From the NCBI GenBank assembly GCA_963715955.1, contig CAVQSQ010000024.1, positions 7,139-71,138 on the forward strand: 64,000 nucleotides of DNA, read 5' to 3'. A program made the translations under genes and the position numbers. Every line of letters begins with the position of its first letter. Position 1 is the stretch's first letter. This DNA is from Candidatus Sulfomarinibacteraceae bacterium. GTDB taxonomy: Bacteria > Acidobacteriota > Thermoanaerobaculia > Thermoanaerobaculales > Sulfomarinibacteraceae. Below, piece after piece: positions 10,662-20,290 of this stretch. The notes under the pieces were generated by a model that saw only the letters and a list, made by a program, of their open reading frames with translations, was not told the origin of the DNA and made no database searches.

Positions 10662-11651
10662 GTGATTTCACCCAGGTTGTTCGGATTATTGATTGCCCTC
10701 GGCAGCGCACTCGTGTGCGCGGTGGTGGTCACTGCCGAGGGTTCGGATGGGGCATCCGACTCGGCGGTGACGCCACCATGCGTGCTCGAGCTCGTGTACG
10801 AGCCCTTTGCGGGACTCGTCCTGGTTTCGGTGACCATCAATGGATCGCAGCCGATGGATTTCGTACTCGATTCCGGGGCCACCCAGAGTTCGATTACCGA
10901 TCCGTACCTGGCCGCCGCCCTTGGTCTTGAAGTGGTCGAGGGCGGGTTCGCCCGCGGCATGGGCTCGGGCGCGACACAGGTCCTGATCGCCGATGACACC
11001 TCGGTTCGAGCCGACGGCATCGAGGTGCTCCACGGGCCGCTGGTTGTGCACGACATCGGCGTTCGTCTGTCGGCGACGGCGGGCCGCGACATCGATGGTT
11101 TTCTCGGCGCTGATTTCTTCGAGCGCTGGGTGGTGGAAATCGATCCTTCGAGCCGTCGTCTGCTCCTTCACGATCCGGAGACCCTGGTCGACTTCCGTGG
11201 AGGCGAGGTCCTCGCCCTCGAGGTAATCGACCGGCGACCGGTGGTCGAAGCGGAGGTCGTGACCGAGGTCGGGAAGAAACCGCTGCCCGTGCGGCTGGTC
11301 GTGGATACGGGCTCGAGCCGCTACCTCACCCTGATCAACGGTTCTCGAAGGCGTCTGAGACCGCCACCGGAACGATCGCTCGGGGCTTCGATAGGAGTGG
11401 TGGGTGAAACCCTGGTGACGGTTGCTCCGGTGGCACAGCTGACGGTCGGGACTCAGGTCACCACGAACCTCGAGACCGCTTGGATGGAGTCGTACCAGAT
11501 ACCGGCTGTGCGCAATATCCCGAACCTCAACGGGATCCTCGGCAATGCACTTCTGAGCCGATTTCGGTCGGTGATCGACTGCCCCCACGGGCGGCTGATT
11601 ATCGGTGGGGCGTTCGGATTTTCGGATGCCACGAACGAGATATGGGATTAG
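10662..11651 (+). CDS. Secreted retropepsin-like aspartyl protease, two-lobed
   Basis: N-terminal hydrophobic signal. Two D-S/T-G motifs are present (VLDSGATQS and VVDTGSSR). Confidence 0.5.
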   Translation: MISPRLFGLLIALGSALVCAVVVTAEGSDGASDSAVTPPCVLELVYEPFAGLVLVSVTINGSQPMDFVLDSGATQSSITDPYLAAALGLEVVEGGFARGMGSGATQVLIADDTSVRADGIEVLHGPLVVHDIGVRLSATAGRDIDGFLGADFFERWVVEIDPSSRRLLLHDPETLVDFRGGEVLALEVIDRRPVVEAEVVTEVGKKPLPVRLVVDTGSSRYLTLINGSRRRLRPPPERSLGASIGVVGETLVTVAPVAQLTVGTQVTTNLETAWMESYQIPAVRNIPNLNGILGNALLSRFRSVIDCPHGRLIIGGAFGFSDATNEIWD

Positions 11652-11855
11652 ATGGCGAGAATAGCCTCGCCGGGACTCCTGTGGTCGGCCTGAATACTGG
11701 CATGGAGATTGCGGACGAAGAACCCGGGAATTTGTTTCTAAAAGGTGTATGAGACTTCCAGAACGCAAGGGAAAGGAGGACGAAGGTCACGAAAGGGGTT
11801 GGACGTTGGATTCCTCGCCCCCCAAGAGAAGAGAACGGATTCAAGGAGGAAAGGT

Positions 11856-14834
11856 ATGAAAGTTTCGGGAAAGATTCTTGTCGCGTTTCTGGCGTGCACG
11901 CTGGCTTCCGGCGCCTTGTTGGCCCAGACCACCCGTGGTGACATCCAGGGCCGCGTCGGCGACGAGCAGGGAACGGCCCTGCCCGGCGTGACCGTCAGCA
12001 TCGCTTCGGATGCGTTGATCGGAAACCAGGCCACCGTCACGGATGCACAGGGCACCTACAAGTTCCTCGTGCTCCCCCCCGGCGCCTACAAAGTGACCTT
12101 CAGCCTGTCGGGTTATCAGACCCGCACCCAGGAGAACATTGCGGTCAAAATCGGTTCCACCACCCGCGTGGACTCGGTCATGACCGCGGCCTTCACCGAC
12201 GAAGTCGTGGTGACCTCGGAGTCGCCGCTCGTCGACACGTCGAACACCACCATCGGTATCGACCTGTCGTCCGATTTCTACAATGACCTGCCCACCGGGC
12301 GGAGCTACACCTCGGTCGCGAGGGTGACCCCGGGCGCGCAGGGCGACGATTCCGGTCAGACTTTTTACGGTTCGACCGGCGCCGAGAACGCCTACTACAT
12401 CGACGGCGCCAACACCACCGGCGTCGAGTTCGGTACCCAGGGCACCCAGCTGAACTTCGAGTTCATCGACGAGGTGCAGGTGAAGACCGGCTCCTACAAC
12501 GCCGAGTACGGCCGTGCCACCGGTTCGGTGATCAGCGTGATCACCAAGTCCGGCGGTAACGAGTTCCACGGCGACGTCTTCGGCTACTGGGACGACGCCT
12601 CCCTGCAGTCGAACCTGAAGGGCGCGGCCGAAGCGGGCCCCGTCACGGGGGCCACGTTCAACGTCGTCGACTACAACCGCTCGGACTACGGTTTCGACCT
12701 CGGCGGCTTCGTCGTCAAGGACAGACTGTGGTTCTTTGTCGCCTATGACCGCGTCGACAACACCGACAACAAAGAGGTCCTCGACGACTACGGCGATCTC
12801 GTCGCCGGTGCGCCGAGTCAAGGCGACCAGTTCGCCACCGACACCACCCGCGATCTCTGGGCGGCCAAGCTGACCTGGCGCATCGCGGCCAACCACTCGT
12901 TGGCTCTTTCCGCCTTTGCTGATCCGAGCACGGCGAGCGGTGTGCTTCCCGACCAATCGCTCGCGGCCACCCCGCTGCACTTCGCGGGCGACCGTGACAC
13001 AGGTGGCGAGAACTACTCTCTGAGCTACGACGGCATCTTCGGCCAGAACGTTGTCATCAGCGCCCGCGGCGCGCAGCACAACGAACAGGACAAGACCTTC
13101 GGTGACGGCGCCACGGTGCCGGGTTACATCGATTTCACCACCCCGACCACGGTGTGGGGCTGGAGCGCCGGCGGCGGCAGCAGCGACCGCGAATCGGGCT
13201 TCGGGTTCTACCAGGACCAGGAGTTCAGCCGCGACCAGTACAACGCCGACCTTTCGTGGTTCGTCGGCAACTTCGGCGGCTCGCACGAGTTCAAGGTCGG
13301 GTACGAGTACGAGGACATCGGGATCGTCAACGAGAACTGGAACGGCGGCGCCGGCCAGCGGATCTACCGCTTCTCGTGCGACCCCTCCGCTCGCAACTGC
13401 GGCGACGGCGAATACTACTACCGCCACCGCTTCTTCCTCTCCGACCCCAACCTCGACCCGACCGAGCTGACAGCGAGCGACGTGCTGGCCCCGCTGGCGA
13501 TCGACGCCAAGTCCGACAGCCAGGCGATTTACCTGCAGGACACCTGGCAGGTCACCTCGGGTCTGTCGCTGGCCCTCGGCGTTCGTCTCAGCCAGCAGCG
13601 GTTGTACAATGCCGACGGCGGCATCTCGGCCGACATCGACGACAACGTCGAACCCCGTCTCGGTTTCGTGTGGGATGCCGTGGGTAACGGCAAGTCCAAG
13701 ATCTACGGACACTGGGGCAAATTCTACGAGACCATCCCGGCCGACATCGTGATCCGCTCCTTCGGCGGCGAAATCTCGATCTTCAGCTACAACCTGTCTG
13801 ACAGCCCCAACGACGTCGCCAACGACCCCACGGTCCGCGCTTCGCGGATTCTGGGCGGTGGCTTCTCGCGTGTTGACCCGGGCATCAAGGGCCAGCACCT
13901 CGAGGAAATCGTCCTCGGCGCCGAGTACGAATTCGCCCCCAACTGGGCGGCGGGCGTCAAGTTCATCCAGCGTGACCTCAAGAGGGTCATCGAGGATGCG
14001 CTTTCCCTCGACGGTGACTATTACATCGGCAACCCGGCCTACGGTGAGATGACCGAGACCTACACCCAGGCTGCGGCGTGGCACTACAACTATGCGTGCC
14101 CGGGCGATTCCTGCGGACCGACGCCGATCCCGGTGCCGACCCGCGAGTTCCAGGGCGTCGAATTCACCCTGCAGAAGCGCTTCTCGAACAACTTCCAGTT
14201 CATCACGTCCCTCCTGTTCTCGAGCCTCGAGGGCAACTATGACGGCACCTTCCAGGCATCGACCGGCCAGCTCGACCCGAACCTGAACTCGGCCTTCGAC
14301 TATGCCGACTTCCAGGTCAACAACACCGGCAAGCTGTCCAATGACATTCCCCTGCAGTGGAAGTTCGACGGGATCTATCGCTTCGACTTCGGTCTCTCGA
14401 CCGGACTCTCTGCGTACTATCGCGACGGCACGCCGATCACCGCCATGGGTTACTCCTGGGCCTACAACAACTGGGAGTACTATCTCTCCGAGCGCGGCGA
14501 ATTCGGCCGCACCGATGCCGTGTGGGAGGCCGACCTCCACTTCGGTTACCCGGTCAAACTCGGTGCGAACATGGAGCTCAACCTGCTGCTGGACATCTTC
14601 AACGTGTTCAACCGCCAGGGCGAGCTCCGGCGTGACGACCGCTACACCAGCGCGGACGCCGACTACAACGTGGTCGACTGGGATACGAACGTTCCGTACC
14701 CGCCGATCACCACCGAAAACGACCAGGGCAAACCGCCCACCAACATCAACGCCGACGGCGTGTTGGCCTGGAACACCTCCAATCGCTGGCAGGATCCGAC
14801 CACCATCCGCCTCGGTGTGAGACTTTCCTTCTAA
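11856..14834 (+). CDS. TonB-dependent outer-membrane receptor with N-terminal CarboxypepD_reg domain
   Basis: AAGGAGGA RBS 5 nt before the ATG and a signal peptide. GVTVSI..TDAQGTYKFLVLPPGAYKV carboxypeptidase-regulatory fold. C-terminal aromatic residue (..RLSF). Confidence 0.8.
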   Translation: MKVSGKILVAFLACTLASGALLAQTTRGDIQGRVGDEQGTALPGVTVSIASDALIGNQATVTDAQGTYKFLVLPPGAYKVTFSLSGYQTRTQENIAVKIGSTTRVDSVMTAAFTDEVVVTSESPLVDTSNTTIGIDLSSDFYNDLPTGRSYTSVARVTPGAQGDDSGQTFYGSTGAENAYYIDGANTTGVEFGTQGTQLNFEFIDEVQVKTGSYNAEYGRATGSVISVITKSGGNEFHGDVFGYWDDASLQSNLKGAAEAGPVTGATFNVVDYNRSDYGFDLGGFVVKDRLWFFVAYDRVDNTDNKEVLDDYGDLVAGAPSQGDQFATDTTRDLWAAKLTWRIAANHSLALSAFADPSTASGVLPDQSLAATPLHFAGDRDTGGENYSLSYDGIFGQNVVISARGAQHNEQDKTFGDGATVPGYIDFTTPTTVWGWSAGGGSSDRESGFGFYQDQEFSRDQYNADLSWFVGNFGGSHEFKVGYEYEDIGIVNENWNGGAGQRIYRFSCDPSARNCGDGEYYYRHRFFLSDPNLDPTELTASDVLAPLAIDAKSDSQAIYLQDTWQVTSGLSLALGVRLSQQRLYNADGGISADIDDNVEPRLGFVWDAVGNGKSKIYGHWGKFYETIPADIVIRSFGGEISIFSYNLSDSPNDVANDPTVRASRILGGGFSRVDPGIKGQHLEEIVLGAEYEFAPNWAAGVKFIQRDLKRVIEDALSLDGDYYIGNPAYGEMTETYTQAAAWHYNYACPGDSCGPTPIPVPTREFQGVEFTLQKRFSNNFQFITSLLFSSLEGNYDGTFQASTGQLDPNLNSAFDYADFQVNNTGKLSNDIPLQWKFDGIYRFDFGLSTGLSAYYRDGTPITAMGYSWAYNNWEYYLSERGEFGRTDAVWEADLHFGYPVKLGANMELNLLLDIFNVFNRQGELRRDDRYTSADADYNVVDWDTNVPYPPITTENDQGKPPTNINADGVLAWNTSNRWQDPTTIRLGVRLSF

Positions 14835-14861
14835 TCAGGCAGGTTTTTCCAGCCGTTTCAC

Positions 14862-14886
14862 GGGGGCCTTCGGGCCCCCGTTTTTT
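14862..14886 (+). terminator. Rho-independent terminator of the receptor gene
   Basis: GGGGGCC-TTCG-GGCCCCC stem-loop followed by G + TTTTTT. Confidence 0.75.
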
Positions 14887-14929
14887 GGTCGCGACTCACC
14901 AGGTCGACCGTCCAACTGCATAGGGTAGA

Positions 14930-17377
14930 ATGACCGCCATGTCGCGACGTAATCTCGTTGTTGTTGCAGCCCTGGTGGGGTTGATTCTGGGTCCTTTGTG
15001 GGCCACCGTTCTCTGGGTGCCTGACGACGGGACGGTGTGGATCTGGTCTCCCGATACCGGGGAACTCCGGGTCCCGGATCGCGGTCTCTCCCTCGTGCCA
15101 AGATGGTCTGGGCGACGGATGGCGGGATCCGAGCTCGTGGCCGAGATCCCGGCCGCCACCTCGGACGGGGCCAGGGTCGGGACGGCGATTATCTTGCGTC
15201 CGCCGGTGGGTGTGTGGCGGCTGGCCGCGGCACCTTCCCCAGAGGAGGGTTTTCGCCGCGGGATCGCCGACGTCGTGCGCGCTGATATTGGCCGCCTTCC
15301 TCTCGACTGTCTCACCCAGGGGGATTCGCAGGCTGGCTGTCCCGACGATACGGACCTTGCATTGCGGCGATCTGTTGCCCTGGCGCTCGGTGTGCCCGAG
15401 GGCGCGGTGGAGGCGGCAATAGAGCCGCAGGATGATGCGGTACGGTCGCGGTTATTGGCCGAGATTGCCGAACGGCTCGACCTGCCGCAGAGAAGAGTGT
15501 TGATTCTGGGTCTCGACGGGCTCGACTGGGACCTGGTTCTGCCGTGGGTGGAGGCGGGCCGTATGCCGAATCTCAAACGGTTGATGGATGCCGGAACCTG
15601 GGGCGTGATGGAAACCGTCGTACCGATTCTGTCGCCGCTCATCTGGACCACCATCGCCACCGGGGCGTCCGCTGATATCCACGGCGTGCTCGATTTTGTT
15701 GAAACCGATCCGGAAACCGGCGGTCTGGTGCCGGTGTCCGGCCGCAGTCGCAAGATACCCGCGGTCTGGAACGTGGCATCCGCGCTCGGCCTCGAGGTGG
15801 GCGTTGTCGGCTGGTGGGCGACCTGGCCGGCAGAGCGGGTCAACGGCACGTTCGTCTCCGACCGCCTCTACTACACCCTGCAGCAGGGCGTCCCCGAGGA
15901 GACCTTCCACCAGGACCCGCCGGATCTCATCTTCCCGCCCGAAAGGACTGCCGAGTTCTCCTCGTTGCGCGATCGGGCGGTCGGCGAGACGGACTGGCGG
16001 GCGATTCGTCACTTCATGAACGTCTCCGAGACGGCCTTCGACCGGGCGGTGGCGGCGAATCGCGGCATGGAAGACCCCATCGACGGAATGCGCCGCATCG
16101 TCAGCGCCACCCGAACCTACATGGGGTCGGGCATGGTGCTGGCCGAGGACCGGCCCGATCTGTTGATGGTGTATCTCGAGGGGACCGATACCATCGGCCA
16201 CCTCCTCGCGCCCTACATGCCGCCGCCGACTCTGGATGTCGATCCCGCCGAGGCCTCGCTGTACGCGGCCGCCGTGCCCACCTATTTCGAAGTCACAGAC
16301 CGTTGGATCGGAAGATATCTGGAGAAGTGCCCGTTGGAGGAATACGCGGTGATCGTGGTCTCGGACCACGGTTTCAAGTGGTCGAAAGATCGCCCCCGCG
16401 GAGTTTCGGGGACCTTTGGAGCGACGGCGCCCTTGTGGCATGCCGACGATGCGATCTTCGTCGTGGCCGGGCCCGATGTGGAGGGCCGCGGTCGCGTCGA
16501 GGGCCGGGCCTCCGTCTACGACGTGGCGCCGACCACGGCGGCGCTGCTCGGCATCCCGGGTGATCCGGGTTGGCACGGTTCGGTGCTGCCCGGCGCGCCG
16601 CCGGCCACGGTAGAACCGGTCCAGTGGATGACGCTGGCGCCGCCTGCAACCTACAGCCAGGGCGGCGGCGGCGTGACGGCGGTGGATCCCGAGTTCATCG
16701 CCAAGTTGAAGGCCCTTGGCTACATCGGAGAAGACGGCACCAGCGCGGGCGGCGTAACGCCGGCGTTGCCTGAGCCGACGGAGACCGTTCCGACCTCGAG
16801 TCAGGACAACATGACCAAGGGTCAACTCAACAACCTCGCCGTGATCAAGATCAATGAGAAGAAGTACGACGAGGGCGAGCGCCTGCTGCGGCAGGCGATC
16901 GCGGAAAACCCGAACTATCCCTCGCCGCACTACAATTTGCGCCGCCTCTACATGGAGACCGAGCGGTATGAACGGGCTGATGAGGAGCTCTGGAAAGCCA
17001 TCGACAAGGGATTCAGGGACCCGGAGAGAACGCTCGACCGGGTGGCGGCCGATTACGAGACCATGCGGATGCCGGAGCGCGCCGACGGGTTGCTCACGCG
17101 TGCCATCGCGCGCTTCCCCGAACACGAGCCGTTCTACGTCCATCTGATGGTCATTCGGGTGCGAGAGGGGCGTTTCGAGGAGGCCCTGCCGGTTGGGGCA
17201 ATCGCCACAGAGAAATTCCCCGGCAGCGGACCGGTGCACGCCTTTTACGGTTTGGCTGCGGCCAGCGCCGGTCAGGCGGACCTGGCGCGCCGCGAGATCG
17301 AAAAGTCGCTGGCCATCAATCCCAATCAACCGATGCTGCGCGAAGCACTCGGTCAGCTGCCGCCGGCTGGAAGATAG
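14930..17377 (+). CDS. Membrane-anchored alkaline-phosphatase-superfamily (type I phosphodiesterase/nucleotide pyrophosphatase-like) protein with C-terminal TPR repeats
   Basis: N-terminal TM helix. VLILGLDGLDWDL..MPNLKRL..SPLIWTTIATG core and VVSDHGF segment. C-terminal TPR helices. Confidence 0.7.
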   Translation: MTAMSRRNLVVVAALVGLILGPLWATVLWVPDDGTVWIWSPDTGELRVPDRGLSLVPRWSGRRMAGSELVAEIPAATSDGARVGTAIILRPPVGVWRLAAAPSPEEGFRRGIADVVRADIGRLPLDCLTQGDSQAGCPDDTDLALRRSVALALGVPEGAVEAAIEPQDDAVRSRLLAEIAERLDLPQRRVLILGLDGLDWDLVLPWVEAGRMPNLKRLMDAGTWGVMETVVPILSPLIWTTIATGASADIHGVLDFVETDPETGGLVPVSGRSRKIPAVWNVASALGLEVGVVGWWATWPAERVNGTFVSDRLYYTLQQGVPEETFHQDPPDLIFPPERTAEFSSLRDRAVGETDWRAIRHFMNVSETAFDRAVAANRGMEDPIDGMRRIVSATRTYMGSGMVLAEDRPDLLMVYLEGTDTIGHLLAPYMPPPTLDVDPAEASLYAAAVPTYFEVTDRWIGRYLEKCPLEEYAVIVVSDHGFKWSKDRPRGVSGTFGATAPLWHADDAIFVVAGPDVEGRGRVEGRASVYDVAPTTAALLGIPGDPGWHGSVLPGAPPATVEPVQWMTLAPPATYSQGGGGVTAVDPEFIAKLKALGYIGEDGTSAGGVTPALPEPTETVPTSSQDNMTKGQLNNLAVIKINEKKYDEGERLLRQAIAENPNYPSPHYNLRRLYMETERYERADEELWKAIDKGFRDPERTLDRVAADYETMRMPERADGLLTRAIARFPEHEPFYVHLMVIRVREGRFEEALPVGAIATEKFPGSGPVHAFYGLAAASAGQADLARREIEKSLAINPNQPMLREALGQLPPAGR

Positions 17378-17623
17378 CTGTCAGCCGTTTGCTATTGGCC
17401 ATGAGCTCGGCATCAAAGACCCGCGGCGATCACAGCGGGCGGTATGCATGCCGCCCCTGCCGGAGAAGCGGCTCGGAGTAGAAGGGGTTGGGAAATTCGG
17501 CCCAACTCTTCTCAAAGACGTGGGCGGGTCCTTCAGGATCCGCGCTCGGACGCCGAATTCAGCTGTCGGAGAATTTCTCGCCCGCCTGGTCCTGAATTCT
17601 CCAGGAGCCTGCGCCAACTGCTC

Positions 17624-19393
17624 CTACTCGGGATTCACGGCCACAGCGATGTTCTGATAGGAGTCCTGCCGGGTCAGGGGGTCGAGGACGGCGACCGCGA
17701 TCTTGTAGCGGCCCGCCTCCATCAGCAGGGTGGTGTCGATGCCCCACCGCTGTCTCTGCGCGTCATCGTAGTTCGCGGCGGGAACCCTGATCTCGTGTTC
17801 CTGACGGACGAGATCCGACTGTTTGCCTTTGCTGTCGCGGGCGGCCACGAAGAGCACGATCCGCCCGACGTAGTCTTCGCCTTCAGGGAGCAGAGCGATC
17901 TTGCGGATAGGAAACGAAATGTGGGCCGGCAACAACCACCGCTTTTCGCTGGCAGGTGATGCCGTGCCGGGCTCGACGTCGAGCTGCATCGGGTTGTCTT
18001 CGACCTCGAAGACCAGGCTGGAGACCACGGTGTCCTGGACCTTGGTTTCGAGTGACTTCTCCACCAGCCGCGAGCGGTAGCGCAGTTCGTAGTCCGCGAA
18101 CGCCGGGTCTTCGCGGAGTTTGACTTTGACCTTGTGGACCTTGTCCCTGCCGCTGGCCTGCAGCGGGTAACCGAGGGAATAATAGGTGTACATGTCCTGA
18201 GAGATCAGACTCAGCCCGGGCGCGACGTCGTTGGTGTTGATGATGGCGATACCGCCGGTCTCGTCGGCAAGGAAACGCAGGCTGTCGGTGAGGTTGTGGC
18301 GCCCCACCGAGGCCGAAAGCGGGTCCTGGGCGCTCGCGAACTCGGCGCTGCCCATGCCACCCATGGTCAGACCCGCGGCATCGATCGAGTAAAAGGCCAC
18401 ATCCTGGGCGTTCGCGGTTGCGGCCAGATTGCTGAACGCCCTCGTCTGGTCGAACTCGTACATCCGGGTCAGGATGGTCGAGCTCTGGGTGACCCGGTTG
18501 AGTTCGTAGAAGAGCTCCATCCCGGGAACCATCGGCAGCCCGTTGGAAACGTAGATGATGCCCTTTTTCCCGGGCAGCCCCGACAGGCTGGTGATGATCT
18601 GGCGGATGGAGTCCATGGTGAACTTGAGGTCGTTGACGCCTTCCCTGGCGTAGTTGTCGATCAGTTGATAGGCCTCGTTCCACTGACCCCCGAGGTCAGA
18701 ACCACTGTATGAACCCCCGGAACTGGTCCGACTCTCGTTTTCGATCGATTTGATGCGGTCGATGATGTCCTTGCGGGCGTTGTCTTGTTCGGTGCGCCCG
18801 CCGGTGTAGCGGCGCACGGCGCGCAGGGCGTCCATCACCTTGTTCGGATCCGACGTGAACGGTTGCAGCACCTCGAACGAGCGCTGGTAGGCCACGACCA
18901 TCATCTGCGCCGGGGGGTGAAGACTGTTCCGCACGAACTCTCGGGTCTGGGAGAGAGTCCGGTTGCGGTCGAGCGGATCGAGGTTCTGGTTGTCGATGTA
19001 GAGAACCATGTGGACAGGGATCGGACCGGCCACGTCGTCGGGGGCCGGCGTCGGAGTGGCCAGGGTGAAGTTGTCGTCCGCCCGGGGTGCCATCTGGGTG
19101 CGGATGATCTCATCCGTGTAGAGCTTGAAGTTGGTGATCTGTTTGGCCTCGCCGTCCTGGAAGACCTCGAAGTCGTCCGCTGTGAGATCGGTGACGGCGA
19201 TCCCCTTCTTGTCGGTCACATAGACCACCAGATTGGCGATCGTGAGCTCGAACTCGTCGACAAAGGTGAGACCGCCGATGGGGCGGATCTCGTTTGCTGT
19301 CTGCGGTTCTTCGTCGTCGGCGCCGCCGGCAAAGGGCAGAGCCAGCAACACGATCAACAGCAATGCCAAGGAACGCAACTCTTTCACGCGCAC
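17624..19393 (-). CDS. Secreted VWA-domain protein (acidobacterial VWFA-related type)
   Basis: Signal peptide. FELTIANLVVYVTDKKGIAVTDLTADDFEVFQDGEAKQITNF motif. The true start may be the second GTG (19387), 5 nt after GAGGAGG. Confidence 0.6.
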   Translation of the reverse strand: MRVKELRSLALLLIVLLALPFAGGADDEEPQTANEIRPIGGLTFVDEFELTIANLVVYVTDKKGIAVTDLTADDFEVFQDGEAKQITNFKLYTDEIIRTQMAPRADDNFTLATPTPAPDDVAGPIPVHMVLYIDNQNLDPLDRNRTLSQTREFVRNSLHPPAQMMVVAYQRSFEVLQPFTSDPNKVMDALRAVRRYTGGRTEQDNARKDIIDRIKSIENESRTSSGGSYSGSDLGGQWNEAYQLIDNYAREGVNDLKFTMDSIRQIITSLSGLPGKKGIIYVSNGLPMVPGMELFYELNRVTQSSTILTRMYEFDQTRAFSNLAATANAQDVAFYSIDAAGLTMGGMGSAEFASAQDPLSASVGRHNLTDSLRFLADETGGIAIINTNDVAPGLSLISQDMYTYYSLGYPLQASGRDKVHKVKVKLREDPAFADYELRYRSRLVEKSLETKVQDTVVSSLVFEVEDNPMQLDVEPGTASPASEKRWLLPAHISFPIRKIALLPEGEDYVGRIVLFVAARDSKGKQSDLVRQEHEIRVPAANYDDAQRQRWGIDTTLLMEAGRYKIAVAVLDPLTRQDSYQNIAVAVNPE

Positions 19394-19430
19394 CTCCTCG
19401 GTGAGTCTAGCAAAACCCAGCCTCCGGCCG

Positions 19431-19472
19431 GATACAGGTCTCAGGATTCAGGATGCAGGATCCAGGATCCAA
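19431..19472. repeat. Heptanucleotide tandem array (GATNCAG x6), inverted relative to 19525..19608
   Basis: Read directly: gatacag gtctcag gattcag gatgcag gatccag gatccaa. Confidence 0.8.
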
Positions 19473-19491
19473 GTTTCACCGCAATAGGCCC

Positions 19492-19519
19492 TTGACAAAC
19501 AGGGAGTGGGTTTTACGAT
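19492..19519 (+). promoter_or_regulatory. Sigma70-like promoter candidate for the ECF sigma gene
   Basis: TTGACA (19492-19497), 16-nt spacer, TACGAT (19514-19519). The predicted start falls at the first unit of the CTGCATC array. Confidence 0.4.
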
Positions 19520-19524
19520 CTCAG

Positions 19525-19608
19525 CTGCATCCTGCATCCTGCATCCTGCATCCTGCATCCTGCATCCTGCATCCTGCATCCTGCACCCTGCATCCTGCAT
19601 CCTTCATC
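19525..19608. repeat. Heptanucleotide tandem array (CTGCATC x12; 10 perfect, 2 single-base variants)
   Basis: Counted unit by unit. Lies 66 nt upstream of the ECF sigma ATG. The reverse complement reads (GATGCAG)12. Confidence 0.9.
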
Positions 19609-19674
19609 CAGGCAACCCCCACGCCCCGAATCCGTATCCCATTGGATGGCGCCCTTGTTGCCGCGGTATGATCG

Positions 19675-20259
19675 ATGGCCGTGACCGGAAAGATCGAGAA
19701 GCTGTCGGACGAGAACCTGGTCGAGCTCGCTCTCGATGGCGATGAGGATGCCTACGGCGTGCTCGTACGCCGCTACCAGCGCCGCCTGACGGCGTTTCTC
19801 GGGCAACTGGTCGGCGACATCGAACTCGCGCGCGAGCTTTCGCAGGAGGCCTTCATCCGCGCGTGGTCGGCCCTGGCGAGATTCGATCCCCGCTACCGCT
19901 TTTCGACCTGGCTGTTCAGAATCGCTCACAACCTGGGCATCGACCACCTCCGGCGGCGGCGTCTGAAAACCGTGGGTCTGTACCGGACGGACTCGGACGG
20001 TGATGAGGTCGAGGTGGTGGTTGCCGACCTCGACAAGGACCCCCTCGGTCACCTCGAAAACAGGGTTCTCGCCGAGGAGCTGCATCAGGTCATCGACGAT
20101 TTGCGGCCCGAGTATCGCGAACTGGTTCTGCTGCGTCATTTCGGCGGGCTCAGCTATCAGGAGATCGCCGAGTTCAAAGACATGCCCCTGGGCACGGTGA
20201 AGAACAAACTTTTTCGAGCCCACTCCGTATTACGTACAGCGTTGGCCGCTTTCCTGTAG
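19675..20259 (+). CDS. ECF-family RNA polymerase sigma factor
   Basis: Region 2 (YQRRLTAFL..ELSQEAFIRAW..FSTWLFRIAHNLGIDHLRRR) and region 4 (LRHFGGLSYQEIAEFKDMPLGTVKNKLFRA). Confidence 0.85.
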   Translation: MAVTGKIEKLSDENLVELALDGDEDAYGVLVRRYQRRLTAFLGQLVGDIELARELSQEAFIRAWSALARFDPRYRFSTWLFRIAHNLGIDHLRRRRLKTVGLYRTDSDGDEVEVVVADLDKDPLGHLENRVLAEELHQVIDDLRPEYRELVLLRHFGGLSYQEIAEFKDMPLGTVKNKLFRAHSVLRTALAAFL

Positions 20260-20290
20260 TGGCGGCGGGACGATCGCAGAGGAGGCGCAC

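Noticed and set aside
6700-10710. Long minus-strand ORFs 6700..8190 and 8782..10710
   Set aside because: They are antisense to accC and to the VWA gene. No motifs; compositional artefacts.
11652-11855. Possible riboswitch in the 204-nt leader of the TonB-dependent receptor
   Set aside because: No conserved riboswitch core (e.g. a cobalamin B12 box) could be recognised by eye. A covariance-model scan would be needed.
11841-14540. 899-aa ORF on the minus strand
   Set aside because: It is entirely antisense to the TonB-dependent receptor gene. The translation is low-complexity, rich in Arg/Gly/Val/Asp, with no motifs. This is a typical GC-rich shadow ORF.
15452-17329. 625-aa minus-strand ORF
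   Set aside because: It is antisense to the AlkP/TPR gene. No recognisable domains.
17378-17623. Possible small gene or ncRNA in the 246-bp convergent gap, which contains two isolated GAATTC words
   Set aside because: It contains only a 78-aa low-complexity ORF. There is no tandem periodicity, no clear hairpin and no RBS.
19431-19608. Heptad arrays considered as a CRISPR array
   Set aside because: The units are 7 bp and directly abutting, with no unique spacers. No cas genes are in the window.
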